The notes under the pieces are model-generated. The model made no database searches, had not been told where the DNA came from, and saw nothing but the letters and a program-made list of their open reading frames with translations. Shown piece by piece: positions 1 to 8,926 of a DNA stretch of 54,663 bases (positions are counted from its first letter, which is position 1; each line of letters opens with the position of its first letter). Source of the stretch: an uncultured beta proteobacterium (lineage in GTDB: Bacteria > Pseudomonadota > Gammaproteobacteria > Burkholderiales > Burkholderiaceae_B); contig CAIYCP010000321.1 in NCBI GenBank assembly GCA_903924715.1, positions 1 to 54,663 of the forward strand, in the 5' to 3' direction. Both the position numbers and the translations under genes were made by a program.

Positions 1-101
1 GTCATACGTCACACCAGCCGTGATGGAGATGTTGTTCGTAGTCCAGTAATTGCCATTGCCTGAGAAGTCTTTACCCAAGCCTACGTTAGATGATGTGGTC
101 A
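1..101. repeat. Exact terminal direct repeat (copy 1); circular assembly overlap
   Basis: 1-101 is identical to 54563-54663, and a CDS reads in frame through the junction. Confidence 0.95.
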
Positions 102-783
102 GCGCAGAGTTGTCTGTAAACGGTAAATAGAAACCGTTTGTGCCGTATGTGCCTGTGTACCGTGCGGGTTGCCATACGCCTGTGAGAGCGTTGGTTGAGC
201 CAAATGATGAGGGGGTTAGGGCTTGACCGTCGATGAAGTTGACTTCGGTTAGGTAACCGTCATTGAAATAAGCAGTGTTAACCAAACCGTTGTACCAAAT
301 GTTACCCAAAACTTGCACATATGCGCTTGTATTAAAATACGATGTTTCGTTTAATGACGGATAAGTTATTGATGAAAAAGAAGTAACTTGCACTCCGTTT
401 ACATACAATTTAATCCTGTTTGTTGATGTTGCTTGAGTTGAATCGTATGCAAAAACAATATGGTACCAAGCGGCTGGATCACGAAAAACTTGTGTTGTAG
501 TTAAAGCTGTTGACGTTGGTGATCCAGAAAAAACAAAAGAGTTTGCAGCGCTAAACAAAAAAGAAATGTAGTTTGTCCCAGAGGATTGACCCGCCCCCGC
601 AATATTCTGTTGCGTACCAGCCAAAGATCCACGTTTTGCCCAAAAACTAAATGTCCAAGTCGTTGCACTAGTTGGCGTGGTATTAGTCCGATTCAAATAC
701 GCAGATGCACTAGCCCTCGTTCGCAGCGAGCGTGTGAGGTTGTAGCCAGTAGACGCAGAGTTACCCGCAAATATCGGAAACAT
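1..783 (-). CDS. N-terminal part of LamG/concanavalin-like + SPRY tail (receptor-binding) protein; continues across the junction into 54562..52955 (~796 aa total)
   Basis: ATG at 783 overlaps the upstream stop (TAATG). Hand translation MFPIFAGNSASTGYNLTRSLR...WTFSFWAKRG...FRDPAAWYHIVFAYDSTQATSTNRIKLYVNGVQ is LamG-like and joins the 52955..54640 ORF in frame. Missed by the ORF track. Confidence 0.85.
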   Translation of the reverse strand, partial: MFPIFAGNSASTGYNLTRSLRTRASASAYLNRTNTTPTSATTWTFSFWAKRGSLAGTQQNIAGAGQSSGTNYISFLFSAANSFVFSGSPTSTALTTTQVFRDPAAWYHIVFAYDSTQATSTNRIKLYVNGVQVTSFSSITYPSLNETSYFNTSAYVQVLGNIWYNGLVNTAYFNDGYLTEVNFIDGQALTPSSFGSTNALTGVWQPARYTGTYGTNGFYLPFTDNSALTTSSNVGLGKDFSGNGNYWTTNNISITAGVTYD

Positions 784-1676
784 TAAGCCACCGCCTGTGA
801 GATACCTTGTTGATAAAGATTTGTGCCGTCGCTTCTGAACGTAAAATAGTCCTTTGCACCGGCAGCAGTCGAGAGCGTAGGCGCAACCCCTGCCGCCCAC
901 TTGAACACCGAGGTCCACGTTAGCGTGTTGCTACCACCGTTTTGGATGACCGCTAACGCATAGAACGCACCGTTCTTCAAGTTTGTCGGTGCGCCAAAGG
1001 TGCGGTTGGTTGATACGAAGGTGAAAGTCGCAACCTGATTTGTTGTATCCCAAGCAATCGTAGCGGCGTCAGTCAGCGCAGTATTTGCCGCCCAACCAAC
1101 AGTCACTTTCACCTCAGCAGGTGCAGTCGTACCCAACGCTGGTGGACTTGCTAAGTAAGTCGTAAAGCCTGTGCCTGACACCGTTGACGACGCAGCTAGG
1201 GTTGTGAACGCACCCGTTGTCGGAGTAGTCGCACCCACCGTGCCGTTGACGTTGATCGATGCCGTACCTGTCAGGTTAGTGACCGTACCGCTTGATGGTG
1301 TACCCAGAGCGCCGCCGTTGACCACCACAGCGCCTGCCGTGCCAACGTTGACACCGATAGCAGTCTGCACGCCTGTGCCAAGCGCTGTGAGCCCTGTGCC
1401 GCCGTTAGCGATGGCCAAGGTGCCTGCGAGGGTGACAGCACCAGACGTTGCGGTGCTAGGTGTCAAGCCTGTTGTGCCGGCGGTAAACGATGTCACACCC
1501 GCAGCGGTAGCTTTGGTGGCAATGACCTGAACAACGCCTGAGCTGTCTTTGTAGAAGAGCTTGCCGTCGTTGTTGTTGAGCGCTAACTCACCTGCCGTTA
1601 AGTTGGCTGCTAAGGGTACGGCCGCTGCGGTCGTTGAGAGGTAGAGCTGAATTGGGGTGAAACCTGTCTGTGCCAT
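783..1676 (-). CDS. Tail fibre protein with Mtd-N-like N-terminus
   Basis: N-term PIQLYLSTT...LTAGELALNNNDGKLFYKD; G/T/A-rich shaft; C-term adaptor-like ...FRSDGTNLY. Confidence 0.7.
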   Translation of the reverse strand: MAQTGFTPIQLYLSTTAAAVPLAANLTAGELALNNNDGKLFYKDSSGVVQVIATKATAAGVTSFTAGTTGLTPSTATSGAVTLAGTLAIANGGTGLTALGTGVQTAIGVNVGTAGAVVVNGGALGTPSSGTVTNLTGTASINVNGTVGATTPTTGAFTTLAASSTVSGTGFTTYLASPPALGTTAPAEVKVTVGWAANTALTDAATIAWDTTNQVATFTFVSTNRTFGAPTNLKNGAFYALAVIQNGGSNTLTWTSVFKWAAGVAPTLSTAAGAKDYFTFRSDGTNLYQQGISQAVA

Positions 1677-1685
1677 GATTTATTC

Positions 1686-3623
1686 CTAGAATGTGCCGCC
1701 AGAGATACCTGACCAAGTCGGCGCTGTCGCACCCGTAGATGTTAAAACCTGACCTGCAGTACCTGCCGCCGTAACCGCATAAGCCGTGCCTGTTCCGTAA
1801 GCAGCCCCACCCGCGGTCGCAGTCGCCGTTGAGTTTGTGCCGCCGCCGCTAATCCCTAAGGTGCCGTACGTTGGGGGTGCGCCTGAGCCGCCAGAGAGCA
1901 TAGGCTGCCCGGCTGTGCCATACCCAGTCGTGCCCGACAGCGCAGGAGTTGTGCCAAGGTTCGTCGTGAACCCGATCGCGCCCGTTGCGTTAATAACGTG
2001 CGATGACTGACCGACTGTGCCGTACGTTAAGTAGGTCTTGAACCCATTGCCTGAACCAAAAGAAACATCCCCGTCGTGGCCCGAGTAATAAATGCCGTTG
2101 TTTAAACTATAAAAATCAATCGGGGTTGACGCGCTGAACGTCGAGGAATTCATGCCAAACTCGCCGTAATACGTTGAGTCTGTGCCTAAGTTGTTTGAAA
2201 CAACGTAGTTAGATGAAGCGCCCGCGGTGTTGCTTTGGTTCTGAATAATCAACTGGTTGTACGAGCTCGCAGTTGTTGTACCAAAAGACGCAATGGTGTT
2301 TGTGGCGGTAAAGCTCAGCACTGGCGTGGTGCTAGTAACCGTGTTGCCGCTGATTGTTGTGAAGTCACCCGTCGAGCGAGTCGTCGCCCCTACAGACGTG
2401 CCGTTGATCGTGCCGCCCGTGATCGCCACGGCGTTGGCGTTTTGCGTGGACATTGTGCCCAAGCCCGACACCTGCGAGTTTGTAATCGCAATCGCTGTTG
2501 TCGCGGCCGCAGTTAACTGACCCTGAGCGTTGACCGTAAAGGTCGCCACGCTCGACGCAGAGCCGTAAGCCGCAGCCGTCACCGTGGTACTAGCGATTGC
2601 CACAGTCACAGCAGATGAGCCGTTGTAGCTTGAGCCCGAGAGCCCTGTGCCGATCGTAAGCGCAAAGGGCGCTGCCGCGGTCACCGTGGTCGAGCCGCCG
2701 AGGCTCACAGCATTACCGTTAATCGTGATTGAAGAGTTGGTCAGCGAGCCGTTAGCGATGTTGCTAAGCGTGTTGCTCGCACCGCTAATCGTTTTATTCG
2801 TGAGCGTCTGGGTGCCGGTGAGCGTAATCACCGTCGAGTCAATCGAAATGGTGCCCGTAGACGTGATTGGACCACCCGTGAGCCCCGTGCCAGTAGCAAC
2901 CGAGGTGACGCCAGAGCCCGCCGCAAAGGAGTTCCAAGAGCCGTTATAGCCCTCAAATAAGCCTGTATCTAAGTTAAGCCTGAACGAGCCGATAGCGCCT
3001 GCGCGTTGCGCGGTCGTACCCGAGGGCACTTGAACAGCGGCCGTACCAGGCAGCACTGGGTTTGAGGTAATGCTAATAATTGGGTTGCCACTCGCGCCGT
3101 TGCCGTTCGTGACCGTAATCTGATTGGACGTGCCTGTGATCGTAAGCGGCGTGAGCGCCGAGCCGTTAACAGCCAACAGCCCTGTGCCGACCGTGTTGGC
3201 CAAGGCGAGCGCTAAGCCGGTCAAAGACAGCGTTGGATCTCCGCTTACCCCGCTACCATTGCTCAAAGACAGCCCAGAACCGCTCACAGCGAACGATCGC
3301 GCCGTGATGGTACTAGCAGCAGTCTTTACAACGATGCCCGTGCCTGCGGTCTCTAATGAGCCGCTCGTGCCGTTTAAGTTGATCGCATACGCGCCCTGTG
3401 CGCCGCCATCTGTGATGCCGAGCCCGACGCCTGTTGAGAAGTAGCGGCTGTTGGGCAGTGTTGATTGCTGACTTACAGTCAAGAATGGCTGCGTGAGTGA
3501 CGGGCTTGCCGTGATTGCCGAAACAGTAGTCTGAACCGTCAAGCCGTTTTGGACAACAGGTACAAGCTCAGTGCCGGTGATGGCCTGAGCTGCTGGTAAA
3601 CCGCTTATCCGAACGTCTGCCAT
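1686..3623 (-). CDS. Tail fibre protein
   Basis: 645 aa, G/T/S-rich fibre repeats (GVTSVATGTGLTGGPITSTGTISI, TQTLTNKTI); N-term MADVRISGLP; ends ISGGTF. Confidence 0.75.
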   Translation of the reverse strand: MADVRISGLPAAQAITGTELVPVVQNGLTVQTTVSAITASPSLTQPFLTVSQQSTLPNSRYFSTGVGLGITDGGAQGAYAINLNGTSGSLETAGTGIVVKTAASTITARSFAVSGSGLSLSNGSGVSGDPTLSLTGLALALANTVGTGLLAVNGSALTPLTITGTSNQITVTNGNGASGNPIISITSNPVLPGTAAVQVPSGTTAQRAGAIGSFRLNLDTGLFEGYNGSWNSFAAGSGVTSVATGTGLTGGPITSTGTISIDSTVITLTGTQTLTNKTISGASNTLSNIANGSLTNSSITINGNAVSLGGSTTVTAAAPFALTIGTGLSGSSYNGSSAVTVAIASTTVTAAAYGSASSVATFTVNAQGQLTAAATTAIAITNSQVSGLGTMSTQNANAVAITGGTINGTSVGATTRSTGDFTTISGNTVTSTTPVLSFTATNTIASFGTTTASSYNQLIIQNQSNTAGASSNYVVSNNLGTDSTYYGEFGMNSSTFSASTPIDFYSLNNGIYYSGHDGDVSFGSGNGFKTYLTYGTVGQSSHVINATGAIGFTTNLGTTPALSGTTGYGTAGQPMLSGGSGAPPTYGTLGISGGGTNSTATATAGGAAYGTGTAYAVTAAGTAGQVLTSTGATAPTWSGISGGTF

Positions 3624-3624
3624 A

Positions 3625-3966
3625 TTAAGGACTCAAAATATCAAGATTGCCGTCATTCGGCGTGTTCGCTTGCTCAGTTGCAATCCCAACATCATCTTTG
3701 TTCTGAATATCAGGGTCAAGGATTATGTTGTTATGCGTCTCTGCAACATCCTCATCTGGGCGAGGAAAACGTATCGTAATCTTTTCAGACTGCCTGGCCG
3801 GCAATCTATATGGGTCAAACTGGTCGCTACACGACTCAGAGCAAACCTTTATAGCGGGTATGTTTCCGTCTGCACGCATATCGCTATAGGGTCTTTTCAT
3901 CTTGCAACGGTCGCATATGAAAACACTCAAACTACTGTTACCAATTGTATTCAAAAAGCGAGGCAT
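3625..3966 (-). CDS. Hypothetical virion-module protein with CxxC motifs
   Basis: ICDRC...VCSESC; closely packed within the structural operon. Confidence 0.65.
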   Translation of the reverse strand: MPRFLNTIGNSSLSVFICDRCKMKRPYSDMRADGNIPAIKVCSESCSDQFDPYRLPARQSEKITIRFPRPDEDVAETHNNIILDPDIQNKDDVGIATEQANTPNDGNLDILSP

Positions 3967-3975
3967 TTCATACCC

Positions 3976-5034
3976 CTATCTTGTGTACATGCTGATATTA
4001 GGCGAGATCATAATGGGCGACTTGTCGCGGTTCTCGTTCTGCGCCAGCATGAAGTGCTTCTCGTACTGTGCCTCACAGTACTGGATACGCGCAGGGTCAA
4101 CCTGGGGCAGCTCGCACGCCATCTGGTGCGCCAAGCCCCATTGAATCGCCATGTAAAAGTACTGTGGGATTTCAATCTGGCCGCTAAGATCGCCGACGTC
4201 TTGAATGTATCTGTTCAGCCAGAGCTCAATCTGAGGGCCAATGTTGTTAGGCACTGGCCAGACTTCCATGTTCGGCTGTGGGATCGTGCGGTTAAACCAG
4301 TACTGCAAGGGTCTGAGCGCCGTAAACGAGCGATTAGGCAGCGAGCTGTAATCGTCACGGTTCATGCGTGACATGTTGATTGACATCGGCATTGTGCCGA
4401 ATACTACCTGGTAGAACCCCATATTGACACCAGAAACCTGCTGAATACGCCAAAAAGGGGCGGTTGCAGAGGGGTCAAGGTCATAATAAATCCAAGTGCC
4501 TGATGCCCACGTCACCGCGCCGGGTGCGTAAGCCGTCACCCAAGTCGTGCCGTCCATTGAATACTGCAGGTTTACGGTCACCGAGCCTGATACCGCGGGC
4601 AAGATGCCGATCGTGCTGATGTAGACAGGGCTGCTCGTACCGTTTGCGATACCGATAGCGCCCGTGTTGTTGCTCAGTTGGCATATCAGGTTGCCCACGC
4701 CGTTAAAGGCGTTTAGCGTCACGCCTGACGTGCTGTAAGCGCCCGTGTTGACGTTGGTGAGCGTGCGGTAGTTGGCGTTGAGCACATCAACCGTGCCAAC
4801 AGGCAAGAAGTACTCGTATTTGTCGGGCTGCAAACCAACAATGACTTTGTTGATCGCCCAGTAATTGACGCCGTAATTGCTTAGGCTTGAGAGCAGGTAG
4901 TACAGGCTCTCTTTAGCGGCCTGCACCTGCTCAACGGTCAGCTCTTCAGCGAGCTTACCCGCACGGCGTGCGCCGTGGTCGATGAGCTGCATAACAGAAA
5001 TCGTGGTCTGAGAGACTGTGCCGCTAGTTGACAT
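3976..5034 (-). CDS. Putative head-tail adaptor/neck protein
   Basis: 352 aa; N-term helical block (LIDHGARRAG...AKESLYYLLSSLSN) and C-term YSSLPNRS..RPLQYW..VWPVP..IPQYFYMAIQWGLA typical of adaptor proteins. Confidence 0.55.
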   Translation of the reverse strand: MSTSGTVSQTTISVMQLIDHGARRAGKLAEELTVEQVQAAKESLYYLLSSLSNYGVNYWAINKVIVGLQPDKYEYFLPVGTVDVLNANYRTLTNVNTGAYSTSGVTLNAFNGVGNLICQLSNNTGAIGIANGTSSPVYISTIGILPAVSGSVTVNLQYSMDGTTWVTAYAPGAVTWASGTWIYYDLDPSATAPFWRIQQVSGVNMGFYQVVFGTMPMSINMSRMNRDDYSSLPNRSFTALRPLQYWFNRTIPQPNMEVWPVPNNIGPQIELWLNRYIQDVGDLSGQIEIPQYFYMAIQWGLAHQMACELPQVDPARIQYCEAQYEKHFMLAQNENRDKSPIMISPNISMYTR

Positions 5035-5562
5035 CTACCACCCCGGACATTTCCAGCGTTTTAACGAGGCTTTTGCGCGTGGCGCATCACCGCTTGCGTG
5101 TTTCACTACACCGCTCATGCGGGCACAAAATGAATCTTTGCGGCTACCGCCTTGTGGCTGCGGTGCTTTCAAGTGGCTACCTGTCTCGCTATTGTACTTT
5201 GCACGACCCTTGGCGGTTAAACCGGCACCTTGCTTGGTGGGCAGCTTCTCGCCACGCCCAACGGCCAATGATACACCGCCACCCTTAGCCTTTTTCACAG
5301 TCTTTGCAGACTCTTTAAAGGCCTCGGCCGTAGGCGCACCCGCACTACCAGGTTTACGCATGTGCTCGCCCGAGCCTGCGGCGATACGCTCTTGCTTGGC
5401 GTGGATATTGGCGTACAAACCGCCCTCTTTAAACTTTTTGCCCACGTCTGCTTTGGCAAAATCCTTGCCTACGGACTGAGGTATGCCCACCTTTTTGGCA
5501 AAAGCCTTTGAGTGAGCAACCCCCTCCATCAGCCTATGTTGAGCAGGTGATTTGCTTGGCAT
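5035..5562 (-). CDS. Basic virion-associated protein made of three modules (last resembles DUF6321)
   Basis: Likely start ATG 5562 (MPSKSPAQ); C-term GLTAKGRAKYN..LKAPQP..RKDSFCARM..SLKRWKC; modules separated by FKEGG and AKGGG. Confidence 0.7.
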   Translation of the reverse strand: MPSKSPAQHRLMEGVAHSKAFAKKVGIPQSVGKDFAKADVGKKFKEGGLYANIHAKQERIAAGSGEHMRKPGSAGAPTAEAFKESAKTVKKAKGGGVSLAVGRGEKLPTKQGAGLTAKGRAKYNSETGSHLKAPQPQGGSRKDSFCARMSGVVKHASGDAPRAKASLKRWKCPGW

Positions 5563-5564
5563 GA

Positions 5565-8228
5565 TTAAGCCTGAGCCTCTTTCCAAGACAGACGCGCTTG
5601 GATGTTCGCGGCACCCGTGGTGGTGGCCACAACATACAAGATGTCTGGACCATCTGGGTACAGACCCGCTTGGGTTGTCGGTACGGTGTTATTCACCCCG
5701 CCGCCCAAGATCGAATTACCCAAGTCACGAACCTGAGACAAGTCCAAGGTGTTGATGCCGATCGGCACATAAGACGCTGCCAAAGACTCACCGCCTGTGA
5801 TGGTCGCTGTTGTTCCAGTTGCCCCGTTCACCGCAATCTGAGCTAGCGAAGAGGTGAACCCGCCTGCGAGCTGTTGTGGTGAAACGAATGACGTTACGGC
5901 ACCAGTGCCAGAGAACGCTGCCGCAAGGCGACCGTTCAGCACCAAGTTAATCAGCACCTGTTGCGTTGACGCAATGATTGACACCGAGTCAAGTTGCAAC
6001 TGCATGCGGTTAATGTTCTCTTTTAAGCCAAGAATATCTGTTGTGCCGTTATCAACCGAGGGTGCAATCCGGATGGCCATCAAGGCATACGAACCCGCGG
6101 CCGAGACAGCCAAAGGTGTTGTCATGCCGTAGTTAAAGAGCAGCGACTTATCGTCGTTGAACTGACCGTCCATGATGACCGATGAGCCCCAATGCGAGAT
6201 TGAAGGCACAGAGTCAGCGGTTGCGTACTCGACAGTCACATAGGCGGTTTGTGGGTTGGTGACAGTAAACGCTGTCGCCGCTGCACCGCCTGTCGCGCCT
6301 CGAGTCACGCCCGTCAATGATGTTGACGTTTTGCCTGTGTAAGTGACGTATTCAATCGCACCTGACGTGCCACTCGCCGTAATCTTAGCGATGCCGCTTG
6401 AGTTAAACAGGCTTGTATCAGCCACAGGGATTGTGGTGTCGCCAGTGCCGATTGAGGCGGTCAAGAAAGACGTAGGAGTCAGTCCGCTTGACTCATAGTG
6501 CGCAGGCAGGTTGCCCGAGCGCATGAAAGCCTCGTACTGCACGTTGTTGTTTTGCACCTGATGGCAATAGGTCACCGCGCCATCTTTGCCACGTAAGCCC
6601 CAACGAATTGCTCCTGCGCCGTACCAAGAGTAATCGACGTACCACATCTGCATGCGGGTCAGGTCAATGCTGTAGCCCGATGGGCCTGTGCCGTCCATTG
6701 GATCAAACCAAGTCGAGCGTGGGTACTTCGTGTCAGTGGTTACCGACATGATGTAGCCGCCGTTGGGCGAGTTGGTCGAATCGTATGAGTTGCCACGGTA
6801 TTCAGGGGCAATCGTCAATGAGGTGTCACTTGCAATCGCAATGACTCGGTAAGACTGACCGCGGATGACGCAAAACTGACCAGGCGTGAGCGCAGTGGTG
6901 AAGTTTGTACCTACGCCCGTGACGGTCGCATTACCCTGCGTCACCTGGCAATACCCTGCGGTTTGAATGGTCGAGTTACGAACAACCGCGGTTAACTGTT
7001 GGCCATCAAACTGGAAGAAGATCCCGTTTTGTTGGTCAAAGATACCCACAGAGTTCTGAGCGCCGTACCACAGCGTTGGGTTAACTCGAATCGAGTTGCC
7101 AATCGCAGGCGTTGATGTTGGTGTATTTGCAAAGGTTGTCGTGTACTGAAAAGTGGTCTTTGAAAAACCTGCAGTGCCGATGACAAAAATACCGTTGTAC
7201 CCGCTCGGAGTAGCACCCGACACTTGGATCGTTGTGCCGGCCGCAAGGTTGTGCGGTGCCGAAGTTGTGACAGTTACTGTCGTGCCCGAGGCCGTTAAGA
7301 CCGGCTGAAACAACGTTGGCTGCAGCGCAGAGCCAGTTGAGAACTGGATACCCTTGCCTGACTGGTAGCGGAAATAACGACGGGTCTGGCGAATCAGTTG
7401 TTGGTTGGTGATCGTGCCACCGGCCGAGAACGCAACGCCGCCATCGTAGGGGCGCGACTCAACCCAACCCGCAGGGCGCATAAATACGTTCGCCTGTCCT
7501 GCGCTGTTTGTTGGGCTTGTGACCGCTGTCGCAGTGGTAAAGGTAAAGGTGCTCGCAGTTGGCGTTGTAGCAACAATCCATGCGCCGTTGACGTTTAAGT
7601 CACCCGCAAAACCTCTCATGTAGACGTAGTCGCCTACGTTCAACCCGTGAGGGTAAGTGGTTGTGCAAAGCGGGGTTGTGGTCGCGCTTGCGGTGATACA
7701 GTTTGAACCGACTTGAAAGCCGCAGTTGCTGTAGAAGTTGCCGGGATAAACGTACGACTTGCCGGGGTTAAACACGTTGGTCGTGGCTGTCGCGTTTGCG
7801 TCAATCAGGAACGATACCGATACGTTGGTGCTGACCGTTGCGACCAACCACCAGCCGTTAATGTTAGGGTTTGTGGCACCTAAAATAAAAATAGGCGTGC
7901 CGACCACATAAGCGCCAGTGTTTGCCATAAATACGGAAACGGTGCGACTTCCACTTGTCGTTTGGATGCCCTTGGTTAGGCCAGAGTTGTCAACCGTGGT
8001 GTAAACCTGAGGGATGATGTACGCGCCCTGACGATTGTTTTGAAGGTTGATAGACTCCCACTTGGTTGGCTGCGTGCCGTACTCAAAGTCGGTGTCAATC
8101 AAAGCCTGGGGCTGAGACACGCGCAGTTTGTCTACCGGATCGTATGCCGCAGAACGTGAGGAGATTTGCGTGCGTAATTGGTTGTCCGTTTGACTGGACG
8201 GGGCAGTGTACGAAACGATTTGTGACAT
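5565..8228 (-). CDS. Large structural protein with repeated beta-rich (HGL/HNL-xxG) domains
   Basis: 887 aa; repeats TTYPHGLNVGDYVYMRG / TSAPHNLAAGTTIQVSGA..YNGIFVI; in the structural operon. Confidence 0.65.
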   Translation of the reverse strand: MSQIVSYTAPSSQTDNQLRTQISSRSAAYDPVDKLRVSQPQALIDTDFEYGTQPTKWESINLQNNRQGAYIIPQVYTTVDNSGLTKGIQTTSGSRTVSVFMANTGAYVVGTPIFILGATNPNINGWWLVATVSTNVSVSFLIDANATATTNVFNPGKSYVYPGNFYSNCGFQVGSNCITASATTTPLCTTTYPHGLNVGDYVYMRGFAGDLNVNGAWIVATTPTASTFTFTTATAVTSPTNSAGQANVFMRPAGWVESRPYDGGVAFSAGGTITNQQLIRQTRRYFRYQSGKGIQFSTGSALQPTLFQPVLTASGTTVTVTTSAPHNLAAGTTIQVSGATPSGYNGIFVIGTAGFSKTTFQYTTTFANTPTSTPAIGNSIRVNPTLWYGAQNSVGIFDQQNGIFFQFDGQQLTAVVRNSTIQTAGYCQVTQGNATVTGVGTNFTTALTPGQFCVIRGQSYRVIAIASDTSLTIAPEYRGNSYDSTNSPNGGYIMSVTTDTKYPRSTWFDPMDGTGPSGYSIDLTRMQMWYVDYSWYGAGAIRWGLRGKDGAVTYCHQVQNNNVQYEAFMRSGNLPAHYESSGLTPTSFLTASIGTGDTTIPVADTSLFNSSGIAKITASGTSGAIEYVTYTGKTSTSLTGVTRGATGGAAATAFTVTNPQTAYVTVEYATADSVPSISHWGSSVIMDGQFNDDKSLLFNYGMTTPLAVSAAGSYALMAIRIAPSVDNGTTDILGLKENINRMQLQLDSVSIIASTQQVLINLVLNGRLAAAFSGTGAVTSFVSPQQLAGGFTSSLAQIAVNGATGTTATITGGESLAASYVPIGINTLDLSQVRDLGNSILGGGVNNTVPTTQAGLYPDGPDILYVVATTTGAANIQARLSWKEAQA

Positions 8229-8292
8229 GACTCACCTATTAAATTCAAGATTTTTGCAAAACATGGGGGCAATTAAGCCCCCATATTTGACT

Positions 8293-8916
8293 TTAGAAGC
8301 AGCCGCCTTTTTTATTGGCTTTGAAGCCACCGCCGTCTTTGCAAGCCATTGCCACATGACCGCCGTCTTTGTACTTTTGCACAACGCCACCGGTCGCATA
8401 CTTCTGAACGACACCACCAGTTGCGTACTTAGGAACGCCGCCGGCTTGAAGTTTTAGCTTCGTGCCCTTGCCGCCCTTGTGCTCTTGCATGTCATGCTCT
8501 TTAAAGGCTTTCTTGATCATGGCCTTGTCTTGAGCTTTGTCCATCTTCATCTCAGACTTGGTCTCAGCGCCGCCTTCGGCCATACCGCCTTTCTTGCGCA
8601 TCATTGGAGACTGAGCGGCCTTTTGAGCCATTGCAGCTTCCATCATGGCCTGACGTGGGTCAGGCTTGCGCATAGGCATCGCACGACCCATTGGTGGGCG
8701 TGCGCCCATCGCAGGGGCTGCGGCGGCCGACAGAGCGCCCATAGGCATACCGCCGCCCATAGCCATCTTAGTCTTGCCGCCTTTTTTGGCAGCAAAGGCA
8801 GGTACTTTTTTGCCGTCTTTCATGACCATCGGCATACCGCCTTTCTTCATGCCCTTGCCGGCCTCATCAACTGAGGGCTCGGTTGACTTCATCATCTTCA
8901 TCTCTTTGAAACCCAT
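8293..8916 (-). CDS. Met/Lys/Gly-rich low-complexity protein with ~12 xxxGG motifs
   Basis: AGGGG RBS-like sequence upstream; tandem YATGGVVQK repeats; correct strand for the operon. Confidence 0.75.
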   Translation of the reverse strand: MGFKEMKMMKSTEPSVDEAGKGMKKGGMPMVMKDGKKVPAFAAKKGGKTKMAMGGGMPMGALSAAAAPAMGARPPMGRAMPMRKPDPRQAMMEAAMAQKAAQSPMMRKKGGMAEGGAETKSEMKMDKAQDKAMIKKAFKEHDMQEHKGGKGTKLKLQAGGVPKYATGGVVQKYATGGVVQKYKDGGHVAMACKDGGGFKANKKGGCF

Positions 8917-8926
8917 GATCTACCCC

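Noticed and set aside
1-101. Biological terminal repeat
   Set aside because: It lies inside a coding sequence and its length is typical of an assembler overlap; better explained as circularisation
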